A DNA stretch of 61,933 bases, filler included. It is 6 parts of 6 records of this genome, joined end to end, with 100 filler letters (N's around TTAATTAATTAA, not from the genome) between each part and the next. Parts side by side here need not be neighbours in the genome. Positions count along the whole stretch, not along the records: positions 9,587 to 22,350 come from DRR723986_6867; positions 22,451 to 31,987 come from DRR723986_6879; 4 more parts are not named here. One strand, 5' to 3'. The position numbers and the translations under genes were made by a program. Below, piece by piece: positions 20,744 to 32,087 of the stretch (position 1 is its first letter; each line of letters begins with the position of its first letter). The notes below the pieces were generated by a model. It was given only the letters and a program-made list of their open reading frames with translations. It did not search any database and was not told the origin of the DNA.

Positions 20744-21559
20744 CTAGCTGGCCAATGTGCGGATATCCGGCGCTGACAGCTTGGGCACAACCCGCCAGCC
20801 GGCCTCGACCATGTTGTAAAGGGCAAAGGCGACCAGCCCCAGCCCGGCACCGGCCAGCAGGAACCGCCCCAGATAGGCACTGCGCAACTGGTCCAGCGCC
20901 TGCCCCAACCCGCCCGCCTGTGAGGGATCGGCGTTCAGCGCGGCAAAGCCAAGCGACAGAGCGACCAGCGCCAGCATCAAACCATAGATGACCAGACCTG
21001 CGGTCAGCACAGGATCAACCTTCTGCGTGAATTGTGAGCGGGCAAGATGTGACTTGTAGCTGCCGCGCCAGCCCTTCTGCATGTAGTAGATCCCGGCCCC
21101 GACAAGGATCAGCGCCGCCAGCGCCACCAGATAGCGCCCGCCCGGCATTGCCATCAACCGCGCGGTCCAATCCTGCGCTGCGCTGCCGCCTTGATCCGAT
21201 CCGGTGTAGGCCAAGCCAATCACCGACAACCCGATCCCGCCGTGGATCAACCCGGTCACGATCTGCCCGCCCCGCGCGATCAGGCCCTTTGGCCCGGTGC
21301 CATGATCCTCAACATCCGCAATCCCCGCCGCGACACGCCACAGCAGATAGGCCATGAGGCCAAGTCCGATTGCCCAAAGCGCCGGAACCCCCATGGGCTG
21401 TGCCCGCAGCGCCGCGAGCGTATCTTCGGTGCCGGAGCTGGACATAGAGGAGAACGACGCCCAGAACGCCAGCCCACCGATCAGGAAATAGATGATCCCG
21501 CGCGCGGCATAGCCGCAGCGCATGACCCATTTGAGGGCAGAATGAGGGGTGTCAGACAC
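20744..21559 (-). CDS. DUF1206 family membrane protein
   Basis: R.GYAARGIIY, repeated QP.G/MP.GR/AY.GR hairpin-TM units, GL..AL..L; GTG start inferred. Confidence 0.8.
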   Translation of the reverse strand: MSDTPHSALKWVMRCGYAARGIIYFLIGGLAFWASFSSMSSSGTEDTLAALRAQPMGVPALWAIGLGLMAYLLWRVAAGIADVEDHGTGPKGLIARGGQIVTGLIHGGIGLSVIGLAYTGSDQGGSAAQDWTARLMAMPGGRYLVALAALILVGAGIYYMQKGWRGSYKSHLARSQFTQKVDPVLTAGLVIYGLMLALVALSLGFAALNADPSQAGGLGQALDQLRSAYLGRFLLAGAGLGLVAFALYNMVEAGWRVVPKLSAPDIRTLAS

Positions 21560-21626
21560 AGGCAATTTCCTTTCGCTAAAAAGAAAACGCCTGTGAGGGG
21601 CGGTTTGGTTCCGCCTGCTGCGGGGA

Positions 21627-22151
21627 TTAGTCCGTGAGGCTGGACGGAAGCGGCGGGCATTCTTCGCCGACAACCGTGCCGTCATAGGCCTTTTCACCGC
21701 AATCGTTCAGCTCATGCCAGACATAGCCGCGCCCGTCATCTGTGATCGCAACAATCCGGTCAACGCCGTAAGCGATGTTCTTTTGCCCCAGAAAGGTCAG
21801 CGCCGTTCCGGTCTCGATTTCATTGCCCAGGGCTTCGGCGTCAAAACAATCGAACCAACCCGGCGCATTGCGCGGTGTGGCGCTGTCGACCAGCACATAG
21901 GTCTCGGTCAGCATTGGCAGGCTGAGATCGGTGGTAAAACAGGCGCGGAACCGAATGGGAGAGCTGTCTGCATCAATCGCCTGCATCCCGTCTGCTGCAA
22001 TGGTCTCAGGCTCTTGCGTGGCTAGCGAGACCAGCGTCACATCCGCCGCTGGCACCTCTCGGTAAAAACCGTAGATTTGCAGGTAATAAAGGCCAAGGCC
22101 CGCAATCAGCGCCGACACCATAATGACGATTCCCACGATCTTGCCGTTCAT
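21627..22151 (-). CDS. DUF6446-like protein (conserved downstream of glyQ in Rhodobacteraceae)
   Basis: N-terminal TM, YYLQIYGFY, AIDADSSPIRFRACF, APGWFDCFDA, YGVDRIVA, N.CG. Confidence 0.7.
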   Translation of the reverse strand: MNGKIVGIVIMVSALIAGLGLYYLQIYGFYREVPAADVTLVSLATQEPETIAADGMQAIDADSSPIRFRACFTTDLSLPMLTETYVLVDSATPRNAPGWFDCFDAEALGNEIETGTALTFLGQKNIAYGVDRIVAITDDGRGYVWHELNDCGEKAYDGTVVGEECPPLPSSLTD

Positions 22152-22178
22152 ATCCCTGCCCTCAATCTCACCGCGCGA

Positions 22179-22350
22179 TTACGCGGCATCCTCGGACCAG
22201 CCACCGGCGCGGGTCTGCACAAAGGCATCCGCACACATCTTGGCCAGCGCCCTGACCCGCCCGATATAAGCCTGCCGTTCGGTCACAGAGATCACGCCCC
22301 GCGCATCCAGCAGGTTGAACATATGGCTGGCCTTGATGCATTGGTCATAG
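22179..22350 (-). CDS. glyQ: Glycine--tRNA ligase alpha subunit, C-terminal fragment
   Basis: [37 protein letters not shown]. Confidence 0.95.
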
Positions 22351-22450
22351 NNNNNNNNNNNNNNNNNNNNNNNNNNNNNNNNNNNNNNNNNNNNTTAATT
22401 AATTAANNNNNNNNNNNNNNNNNNNNNNNNNNNNNNNNNNNNNNNNNNNN
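22351..22450. other. Artificial contig linker
   Basis: 44 N + TTAATTAATTAA + 44 N. Confidence 0.98.
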
Positions 22451-22461
22451 GAGAGGACGAG

Positions 22462-25400
22462 ATGAGGGTCGGGACGGCGTGCCTGTTGTTGGCGGCGCTG
22501 TGCGGCTTCCAAGCCTGCCTGGGACTCTCAACGGTGAGGCCCCGGTGCGGACAAGAGAGAGAGGGCGCGCACGTGTGTGTGCGTGTGAGTGTGTGTGTGG
22601 GGTTGCTCCAAGCGCGCTGGTGGTCCGACGCACACACGCACGCGCACGACACACACGCTCACGCACGCGCCGCAGAATTCCACTGCGACCCCGTCGTGCG
22701 TGTGCCACACGCGCGCGCTTGCGGGTTTCACCAACCCGTCCTGCGAGTGCGAGGCGTCGCGGGAGCGAAGCGGCGGGATCGTGAACGCGTTGGTCAACTT
22801 GCTGGACCTGGACAACGACAGCGACAGTGACAGCGACCACGAGAACGTCGGCTGCGTGTGCATCATCCAAACAACCAGGGGATTCCACGGTGGGGAGTGC
22901 AAGTGCGAGGGAGAGAAGGTCGAGTGCCCGCCGCACACGGGGCACCACCCCAACTGCACCCCCGACGAGGGCTACTTCGTGCATGCCGTGCTGTGGGATG
23001 CCGAGGCATGTCGCTTCAAGATGGTGGACGAGAACGGAAACGAGGTGACGGAGCTGAACAGTGCGTCCTTGCCCTTGCCTTGGTTGCGCTGCGGGGGCCA
23101 ACCGCGCATCACCCCCCCGCCCCCGTCGTTTTGCAGAGCGCGATTGCCCGGAAAACTCGAAAGGTTGGCCCAATTGTGAGTGCGAGTTTGGGTTCTCCGG
23201 ACACCCGACTTGGAACCCCAACACACTGATGTACGACAACGAGTGCCACTGTGAGTACGCACCGCTCTGGTCTTTGGGAGTTTTTGTGTGGGAAGGGGTG
23301 CATTGGATGTCTAACCCACGCGATACCCCCCCTTTTGTCAGTCGAATCTTGCCCGACCAACGCTGACGGCGCGCCGGCGTGCAAGTGCAACGTGGGCTTC
23401 AAGGAGACCTCGCATTTGGAGTGGAACGGTGGGTGGTTTTGACCCCCCTTTTTTTTGCGGTTGATTGGACAACCCTCTCGCGTCTGAACTTGGTGCTGTT
23501 TGTTGCCGGGTGCAGGCGGGACCCAGAAGTGGGTTGGAGCGTGCACGAGTGAGTGGCCAGTCGCCCCCGCTTTTCAGCACGCTGCAGAACGCAGTTGGTC
23601 ACCTCCCAATCCCTTTCTGTGCGTGGCGCGCAGAGCAAGACTGCCCCGCAAAGGGGATTGCCTCGTCCCATCCCCATTGCACCTGCAAGCTCGGCTACAA
23701 GGGCGTGATTTCGTGGAACGACGAGGGACACTACGTCGACCAGTGCGAAAGTGGGTCTCGTTGGGTTGTTTTTTTTTTTGCGACACGGTGGTGTGCTGCA
23801 TCTGACGGCGGTTTTCTTTTGGTGTAGTGCTCGACTGCCCGGCGCACTCCACCCATCCCGAAGAGTCAGGACACTGCGAGTGCGACACGGGGTACCATGA
23901 CTCGGCCGCAGAGCTGACCTTCAGCTTTGACGACCAAGCTTGGGAAGGCGCCTGCGAGGGTGAGATTTTGTGTGCACACGCACCGAGTTCCAGCCACACA
24001 CTTGCGTGTGTGTGCGTGCAACACCCCAGTTCGCGATTGCCCCAACAACTCTGACGGGCACCCCAACTGCGCGTGCGTGCGCGGGTTCCTGGGCGGCTTT
24101 GACTGGAAGCCGGCCGTCCAGGACTACGAGGGCCGGTGTGACGGTCGGTTCCCTTCTCCCCGTGTTTTCTTCTCGTTCCCCTTTTGCCCCCTCTTGACCC
24201 GAACACACGTGCCCCCCCCCCTCGCCACAGCTGCCGATTGCCCGAACGGAGGGTCTGGCGACGACTGCGAGTGCTTGACCGGGTACGTGTCTGATCCGCT
24301 GACCGGCCCTCGCTGGGTGTTCGGCACGGGCTGGACCCACACGTGCGCGCTGAAGGGCTGCCCCGTTGGTTGCGCTGGAACGGACGAGACTGACTGCCGT
24401 TGCGATCTCCCTGGGTTTGCGGGAGCCTTGAACTGGACTGGGCAAGTGTGGGGAACCTGCGACGGTGAGTGCTGGGATGCACCCCCCTCCCCCTCAAGCC
24501 AACAAGAGTCGCGACGTTGATGTGTGCGTGCGCAACTGTTGTGGGAGGACAGAGGTTGCTTGTCCCGCCAACGCCGTGCTTGGCACTCACGAGGGGAGGA
24601 AGTTTTGCGCTTGCAAGGTTGGGTTCAAGGGCAAGATCGATTGGAACAGCGACTCGGACTCGTGGGTCGGCGAGTGCGTTGGTGAGCTTTGCGTGCATGC
24701 ATGCACGTGCACGAGGGCTTGTTTGCTTGGCGTGCGGTGTCTCAAGCGTCCAATCCCACCCTCCACTTTTTCCAGAGGCCGAGTGCCCCCAGCACGCAAC
24801 GTGCATGCCCGCGACCAACCCCGTGTGCGACAAGGGCTACCTGCACAACGTCACGTGGCACGAGGGGAGGCAGGAGTGGGTGTCCGGTTGTGTCAGTGAG
24901 TGCCAAGGGCGTGCCCTCCCCCCCTTCTTTGTTGTTGTCTTTGACTACCGATCTCCTCACACGACCTGCCCACACACACGCGTGCACAACCGCAGAGGTG
25001 GAGTGCCCGAACGCTTCGAGCGGACACCCCGACTGCAAGTGCTTCAAGGGCTTTGTTGGCGGCGACGAGGACGGCATGCTGGAGTTCGTCCAGGACCATG
25101 ACCACTCGCGCTACGTGTGCACTGGTGAGGGGGCATCCTCGTCCGTGCCCCCCTTTGCCCCCCCTTGCGCCGCACACACATGTCCGCGCGTCTTCTTGTG
25201 CGTTTTCACAGGCGGCGCGGACTGCGACAACCACTGCACGATCGTGGAGTGCCCTGCGCACAGCACCAAGCTGCCCGACGGGTCGTGCAAGTGCGACTTT
25301 GGGTACCAGGGCAACATCACGTGGAACCGCCCCAAGTACGAGGGCGAGTGCGCGCCCGCGGCGTGCCCGAACAACTCGGTGGTGGAGTCGGGCCCCGGGT

Positions 25401-28400
25401 GCAAGTGCAAGAAGGGGTACCTGCCGTCGGACGACTTCCAGTTCCTGAAGGGCAACTGGGAGGGCGAGTGCGAGTACCAGACCTGCGGCCCGCACGTCAA
25501 GGACTGGCCCGACTGCGTGTGCGAGTACGCGGCGTGGTACGTCGACGACGCGCCCATCACGTGGAGCGACGACTCTGGCTACAGGGGGAGCTGCGCGCTG
25601 CGCCCGTGCCCCGACGGCTCCACGCCGCTCGGCAAGTGCGAGTGCAAGCCCGGCTACGCGTCGTTCATCGACGGCGAGGTGTCGCCGGACCGCGCGTCGT
25701 GGAACGCGCAGACGGGGCGGTGGAACCACGTGTGCAAGAAGATTGAGTGCCCGCTGGGCTGCGACGGCGAGCAGCACCCCAACTGCGAGTGCATGTCCGG
25801 GTACCGCGGCGCGCCGCAGTTCCACGCCGCGGAGGGGCGCTGGACGCCGTGCACGGAGATGCCGTGCGACTCGAACGCCGTGCTGAAGCGCGCGACGCCG
25901 GGCAGTCCCGCGCAGTGCAGCTGCAAGCCGGGCTTCCTCGGCCCCATCACGTGGCTGGCGGGCACGCAGGAGTGGAAGGGCAACTGCAGCGTCGCCGAGT
26001 GCCCGATCAACGTGGTGTGCGACGGCTCCACGGCCCAGTGCGCCAAGGGCTACACGGGCAACGTGACGTGGACCGGCTCGGAGTGGGACGCCAAGTGCGA
26101 GATGGTGAACTGTCCCGACAACAGCGCGGGCCACCCCGACTGCAAGTGCAACACGGGCTACGCGGGCGGCATGCTGTCGTTCAACGGCGTCGAGTACGGC
26201 TCGTGCACGTACGTGCCGTGCCCGGCCAACAGCGACCGCACCCCCAGCGGCAACTGCGTGTGCCAGTTCGCCTACGCGGGGCGCCCCGTGTGGAAGGAGA
26301 ACTCGTACGAGGGCAACTGCACGCTCGCGCCCTGCCCCGACCACTGCGGCAAGCCGCCGAACTGCGTGTGCGACTTTGGCTTCAAGCCGCAGGGGGTGGC
26401 GTGGTCGGACCCCGACCGCGCGTGGAAGGGGACGTGCAAGCCGGTGCAGTGCCCCGACAACTGCCTGTCGCCCACCGTCAACTGCACGTGCGGGTTCGGC
26501 TTCGTGGGCACCATCTCGTTCGACAAGGACCGCTTCGAGTTCGAGGGCCAGTGCGTGCAGGAGGACTGCCCCGCCCACGCCAGCGGCGAGTACTGCGTGT
26601 GCAAGTCGGGCTACCAGGGCGTGCCGGCGTGGAACGGCACGCGGTGGGAGCACACCTGCGTCGCCGCGCCCTGCCCCTCGCACAGCAAGAAGAAGGACCT
26701 CGCCGACGGCGGCTACGTGTGCGAGTGCGACGTGCCCTTCCGCGGCTCGCCCGAGTGGGCCGCCACGCAGTGGGACGAGAGCTGCGACGAGGTGGCGTGC
26801 CCCGTGCACTCGAAGCGCTTGGCCGACGACGTGTCCAAGTGCCAGTGCGACGACGGCTTCACCGGCACGCCCGCGTGGAACCCCAACATCCAGAACTACG
26901 ACGCGATCTGCATCCCCGCCAACTGCCCCGACCCCACGCTGGTGGACAAGGACACGGGCATGTGCGTGTGCCCGCCGGGCTTCAAGGGCGACTGCTTCTG
27001 GGACGTGGACGAGTGGAGCTGCAACTGCTCGCCGGGCGACTGCCCCTCCAACGCCAACTTTAGCGAGGCGCTGCAGTTCTGCACGTGCAACACGGGCTAC
27101 ACGGGCCACCTCACGTGGAACGAGGAGGGCGACCACTACGACGGGCGCTGCACCAAGGTGCCGTGCACCACCAACGTGGGCAACAGCACCAACCACCCCA
27201 ACTGCGAGTGCAAGGTCGGGTGGACCGGCACCGTGCGCTGGGACGACGACGCGGACGTGTACACGGGCCGCTGCGACCACGTGCAGTGCCCCGCCCACAG
27301 CGACGGCCACCCGTCGTGCACGTGCACGCGCGGCTTCCGCGACCTGCACGGCGGCACCGAGGCGCCCGCGTGGGTGGTCGCCTCGCAGAGCTACCGCGGC
27401 GGGTGCGAGCCCATCCCGTGCCCCGCCAACGCCGCCGGCGAGCCCGACTGCAAGTGCGTCAAGGGCTACGCGCCGAACGGCCTGGACGTGCAGGGGCAGC
27501 GCTACGTGGGCTCGTGCGACGCCGTGGCGTGCCCGTCCAACTTTGGCACCCACCCCGACTGCAACTGCACGCGCGGGTACGTGGGCCACATCCAGTGGAG
27601 CTACTCGGAGTACAAGTACAGCAACCCGTGCACCCCCGCGTCGTGCCCCAGCAACTCGGGCCCCAAGCTCGTGTGCGAGTGCGACGAGGGCTACCGCGGC
27701 ACCCCCGCGTGGAACGCCGGCGCCCAGACGTGGGACCACGCCTGCCCCAAGGTGGAGTGCCCCGAGCACGCGTCCGGCCACCCCGCCTGCGCGTGCGACC
27801 CGGGCTACTCGGGCACCGTGACGTGGAACGAGGACACGCAGGCGTACGACGGCACGTGCACGATCATCCCGTGCCCCGCGGGCTCGCGCCGCCGCGCCGA
27901 AAGGCTGCACGCCGAAGCCAAGATCACCGGCTGCGAGTGCTTCGTCGGGTGCGCGGGCGGGTACGACTGGTTCGACTCGGAGTACGAGGGCTCGTGCGAG
28001 TGCAAGGAGTGCCCCGCCACGGGCGACTGCGCCGAGCTGCAGGCCAACCCCGCCCTGGAGCGCACATCGTTCCCGTGCAAGCTGGGCTACGACGGCAACG
28101 TGATGTGGGAGGCCGGGTACCAAGGCCGCTGGTACGACCGCTGCCAGAAGCGCGAGTGCCCCGCCAACACCCACATGCACCCCAACTGCGAGTGCATCCC
28201 GGGCTTCCCGGGCACCGTGGACCGCAGCCGCAGCGTGCGCGACCGCCGCGGCGTGCTGCAGAGCACCACGTCGTACACCGACACGTGCGAGTTCTTGCGC
28301 TGCCCCGCGGTGGAGATGTCGCGCGCGGTGGACGGGACCACGCTGTTCCCCACCTGCACCTGCCCCGTGGGCTTCTCCGGCGTGGCGACGTGGAACAACG

Positions 28401-31400
28401 AGCCCGAGCCCGCCCTCCGCGCGTTCGCGGGCGCCACCGAGTGCACCGCCGTGGCCTGCCCCGCGGCGGAGATGGTCAAGGAGCAGAACAACCACGTGTG
28501 CAACTGCCCCGTCAACATGGTGGGCTCGGCGACGTGGGTGCAGGAGTCGCAGTCGTACCGCGAGCCCAACGCGGCGTGCGCCCAGGCCGAGTGCCCGTTC
28601 GGCGCGTCGTGCAGCGCCGACCCGGCCGAGCGCAAGTGCAACACGTACTTCACCGGCGCGCTCCGGTGGAACTTTGCCCTGCAGGAGTGGGACCACAACT
28701 GCGGCGTGGCGGCGTGCCCCGCGCACTCGAAGAAGCGCCCGTACGTGGACGACCAGCCCAACGGCTGCATCTGCCTCGTGGGCTACGCCCCCAACCCGAC
28801 GTGGAGCGCCGAGACGCAGAGCTTCAGCGGCTGCGAGCAGGACGCCGCGTGCCCCGCCAACGCGGACGAGAACCAGCGCGACCCGTCCACCAACGGCCGC
28901 CTGTGCCCCTGCAGCGCCGGCTTCTCCGGCAAGCGCAGCTGGGACGCCGAGGGCACCGCGTACAACCACACGTGCGAGCAGGTCAGCTGCCCCACGGGCG
29001 CGGTCCGCGGCATGGGCGCCGGCGGCGCGGGCACGGGCCTGTGCGACTGCGACGTTGGCTGGACCGGCAAGCTGAAGTGGGCGTTCGACTTCCAGACCTA
29101 CGAGGGGTTCTGCGAGCCCGCGAACTGCACCGGCAACGGCGTGGACTGCACCAACAGCAACAACACGGACGCGCGCGACGAGAAGGACCGCCTGCCCTGC
29201 GTGCCCGGCTACAAGAGCCGCTCCCTGTGGCGCCACGCCACCCAGGAGTGGGACAACCTGTGCCTGTGGGTCAACTGCCCCGCCAACGCGGTGCGCCTCG
29301 ACGTGGGCGAGTGCGCCTGCGCGTGGGGCTTTGCGGGCGAGGTGGCGTGGAACCAGACCGGCGAGAGCTTCGAGAGCACGTGCCGGGCCGTGGAGTGCCT
29401 CGCGCCCACCAAGGACCGCGGCGACGGCCACTGCGTGTGCCCGCGCGGCACCAGGACGGGCTCGTGCGAGTTCCAGCTGGACGACCAGTGGCACTGCGAG
29501 TGCTCGGACTACACAGCGTGCCAGGAGCACGCCCACGCCGACGGGCCCGAGTGCGTGTGCGACGACGCGTACAAGGGCACGCTCACCCTCGTGCCCTCGG
29601 TCAGCGTGGACGACAAGAACGAGACCTCGCTCGTGACCTCCAGCAACGCGCGCGCGGGCGAGTGCGCCGCCGTGCCGTGCCCCGCCAACACCGACGGCTT
29701 CCCGGCGTGCTCGTGCGTCAAGGGCTACGCCGGCGCCGTGGCCTTTGTCACCGCCTCGCGCACGTGGAACTCGACCTGCTCGATCCACGACTGCCCCGCG
29801 CACGCGTCGGGCGGGCCGGACTGCGCCTGCACGCGCGGCTACCTGGGCGACCTGAGCTGGAGCTTCGCCGACCAGGCGTGGGAGGGCGAGTGCCGGCTGG
29901 CGACCTGCCCGGAGAACGCCTCGCCCGGCGAGCACAACGGCGTGCCCACGTGCCCCTGCGACACGGGCTACCGCGGCACCCAGCAGTGGGTGCACGGCAC
30001 GGGGTGGACGCACGCGTGCGAGTACGTCGAGTGCCCGGCCTTTAGCGCCAAGGTGCCCGAGACGCACTACTCGTACCGCGAGGTCCCGCACCACTTTGGG
30101 TGCCACGACGGCACCACCGCCCTGGGCCTGGTGGAGCGCGCGTCGCAGATCCTCGGCCTCGCCGACGCGGCGTGCGCCTCGTACGAGGCGTGCGTGCAGC
30201 GCGGCCGCGACGCGTGCGAGCGCCTGGTGGAGCGCGGCGACGAGTGCTTCGGCTACGCCGTCAACCCCGAGTGGGGCGTGCAGGTGTACGACTCGAACGC
30301 GCGCAACCCCGAGGTGTGCAACGGGGTCAACGGCCTGCAGCAGAACGACGCGTGGACGTTCTTCCAGCGCCAGAGCGAGCGCAAGGGCGACTGCCGGTGC
30401 GAGGCGGGCCGCGCGGGCGCGTTCGTCTGGGCGGTGACCGAGTACGAGGGCGGGTGCGCCAGCGTCGCGTGCCCGGCCCACAGCGAGTGCAGCACCACGG
30501 TGGCGTGCAGCAAGGGCTACAAGGGCTCCAAGGCGTTCGTGTGGGACTTTGCCAACGAGCGCTGGGTGGGCGAGTGCGTGGCGGACCCGTGCCCTGCCAA
30601 CTCGGACGGCGCCTCGTTCCCCGACTGCCGCCCCGCGACGGGCTTCTCGGGCACGTTCACGTGGAACGCCGGCACCGAGGAGTGGGAGGGCACCGCCGCC
30701 AAGGTGGAGTGCCCCGCCAACTCCGACCCGAGCGGGCACCCCACGTGCAAGTGCAACGCCGGCTTCGTGCGGAGCGACCTGGTGCCCAACTCGGTGGTCG
30801 GCTGGCTGTTCGACACGCAGGCCTGGAAGCACTCGTGCGAGCCGGTGGCGTGCCCGGGGCACAGCGAGAAGGCCAGCGCGGGCGCGTGCGAGTGCCGCAT
30901 GGGCTACCGGGGCCACCCCGACTTTGACATGGTCACGGCCACGTACGCGGTGGACGGCGGCACGCCCGACTTCAAGTCGTGCGCGCTCGTGCCCTGCCCC
31001 GAGCACAGCACGGACCTGGGCGTCACCGTCCGCGGCGACCACAGCCCCGCCTGCCGCTGCAACAAGGGCTACGCCGGCGCCCTGAGCTTCGACTCGAACA
31101 GCTTCACCTGGGGCTCGTGCGCGCTGGTGGAGTGCCCCGCCCACAGCGAGGGCCACCCCAACTGCGCCTGCAAGCCCGGCTTTGGCGGCAACCTCGAGTG
31201 GGACGGCTCGGCGTACAAGGGCGCGTGCACCCAGCTCGACACCACCCCCAAGTGGGGCCCAGTCAGCCCGGGAGACTTGGCCGACGCGCGCTGCGTGCGC
31301 CTGCAAGGACCCCACGAGTCGCTCGCGTCGTCGGCCACGGACCCCGCCACCGAGTTCTCGTTTGTGTTCGGCGGCGACCAGGACACCGTGTCCATCCTGC

Positions 31401-31876
31401 GCTGCGACGTCACGCTCGGCAACGAGTTCAGCAAGGTCAAGGGCTCGTTCGACGTGGTGCCGGTGGACGACTCGACCGTCACCAACGCCTACACGATCAC
31501 CATGTGGAACTCGCCCTACGCCGCCGCCAAGGACAGCTTCATCGCGTTCGGCACCCTGTACAACATCGTGGACCCGGGCATGGAGCGCGGCAACACCCCC
31601 AAGACGTACACGCAGCGCACCACCGTGTCGATCCCCGACACCGCCGTCACCCTCACCAACACCATCCGCATCGAGGTCATGCAGCACGCGGGCACCAAGC
31701 TCACCATCGCCAACCTCGACCTCCAAACCTACAACGTTCCCGAGGAAATCGTCAAGTGCACCCGCACGTCCGGTGAGTCCTCCCTCCCTCGTAGGTCTCA
31801 CATTCGCACGTGCCTGCCAACGCATTTGCGCGCGCTGACCTTCCCCTTTGTGCGCGTTGTCTGAGCAGGGAACTAG
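22462..31876 (+). CDS. Eukaryotic spliced gene: secreted ~2744-aa cysteine-rich tandem-repeat (EGF-like) protein
   Basis: Hand-spliced exons 22462-22533, 22676-23060, 23137-23250, 23342-23428, 23516-23548, 23634-23750, 23828-23959, 24030-24143, 24231-24464, 24553-24681, 24776-24895, 24996-25124, 25212-31772, 31869-31876 give one open frame; GT..AG introns of 70-142 nt; signal peptide MRVGTACLLLAALCGFQACLG; last exon/stop least certain. Confidence 0.8.
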
Positions 31877-31987
31877 TGTGTTTGCGCGGACGAGCCGGGT
31901 GGGGAGAGGGAGAGAGAGAGAATTCGTCCTGGTCTCGTGTTTGTTTGGGGAGGGGCGAGCAAGCGGGGGCTTTGCAAACAAAGAGAT

Positions 31988-32087
31988 NNNNNNNNNNNNN
32001 NNNNNNNNNNNNNNNNNNNNNNNNNNNNNNNTTAATTAATTAANNNNNNNNNNNNNNNNNNNNNNNNNNNNNNNNNNNNNNNNNNNN
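31988..32087. other. Artificial contig linker
   Basis: 44 N + TTAATTAATTAA + 44 N. Confidence 0.98.

Noticed and set aside
24893-31981. 2362-aa ORF on the minus strand
   Set aside because: Antisense shadow of the Cys-repeat exon; near-exclusive G/C third positions remove stops on the opposite strand, and the product is featureless Ala/Arg/Val/Gly-rich
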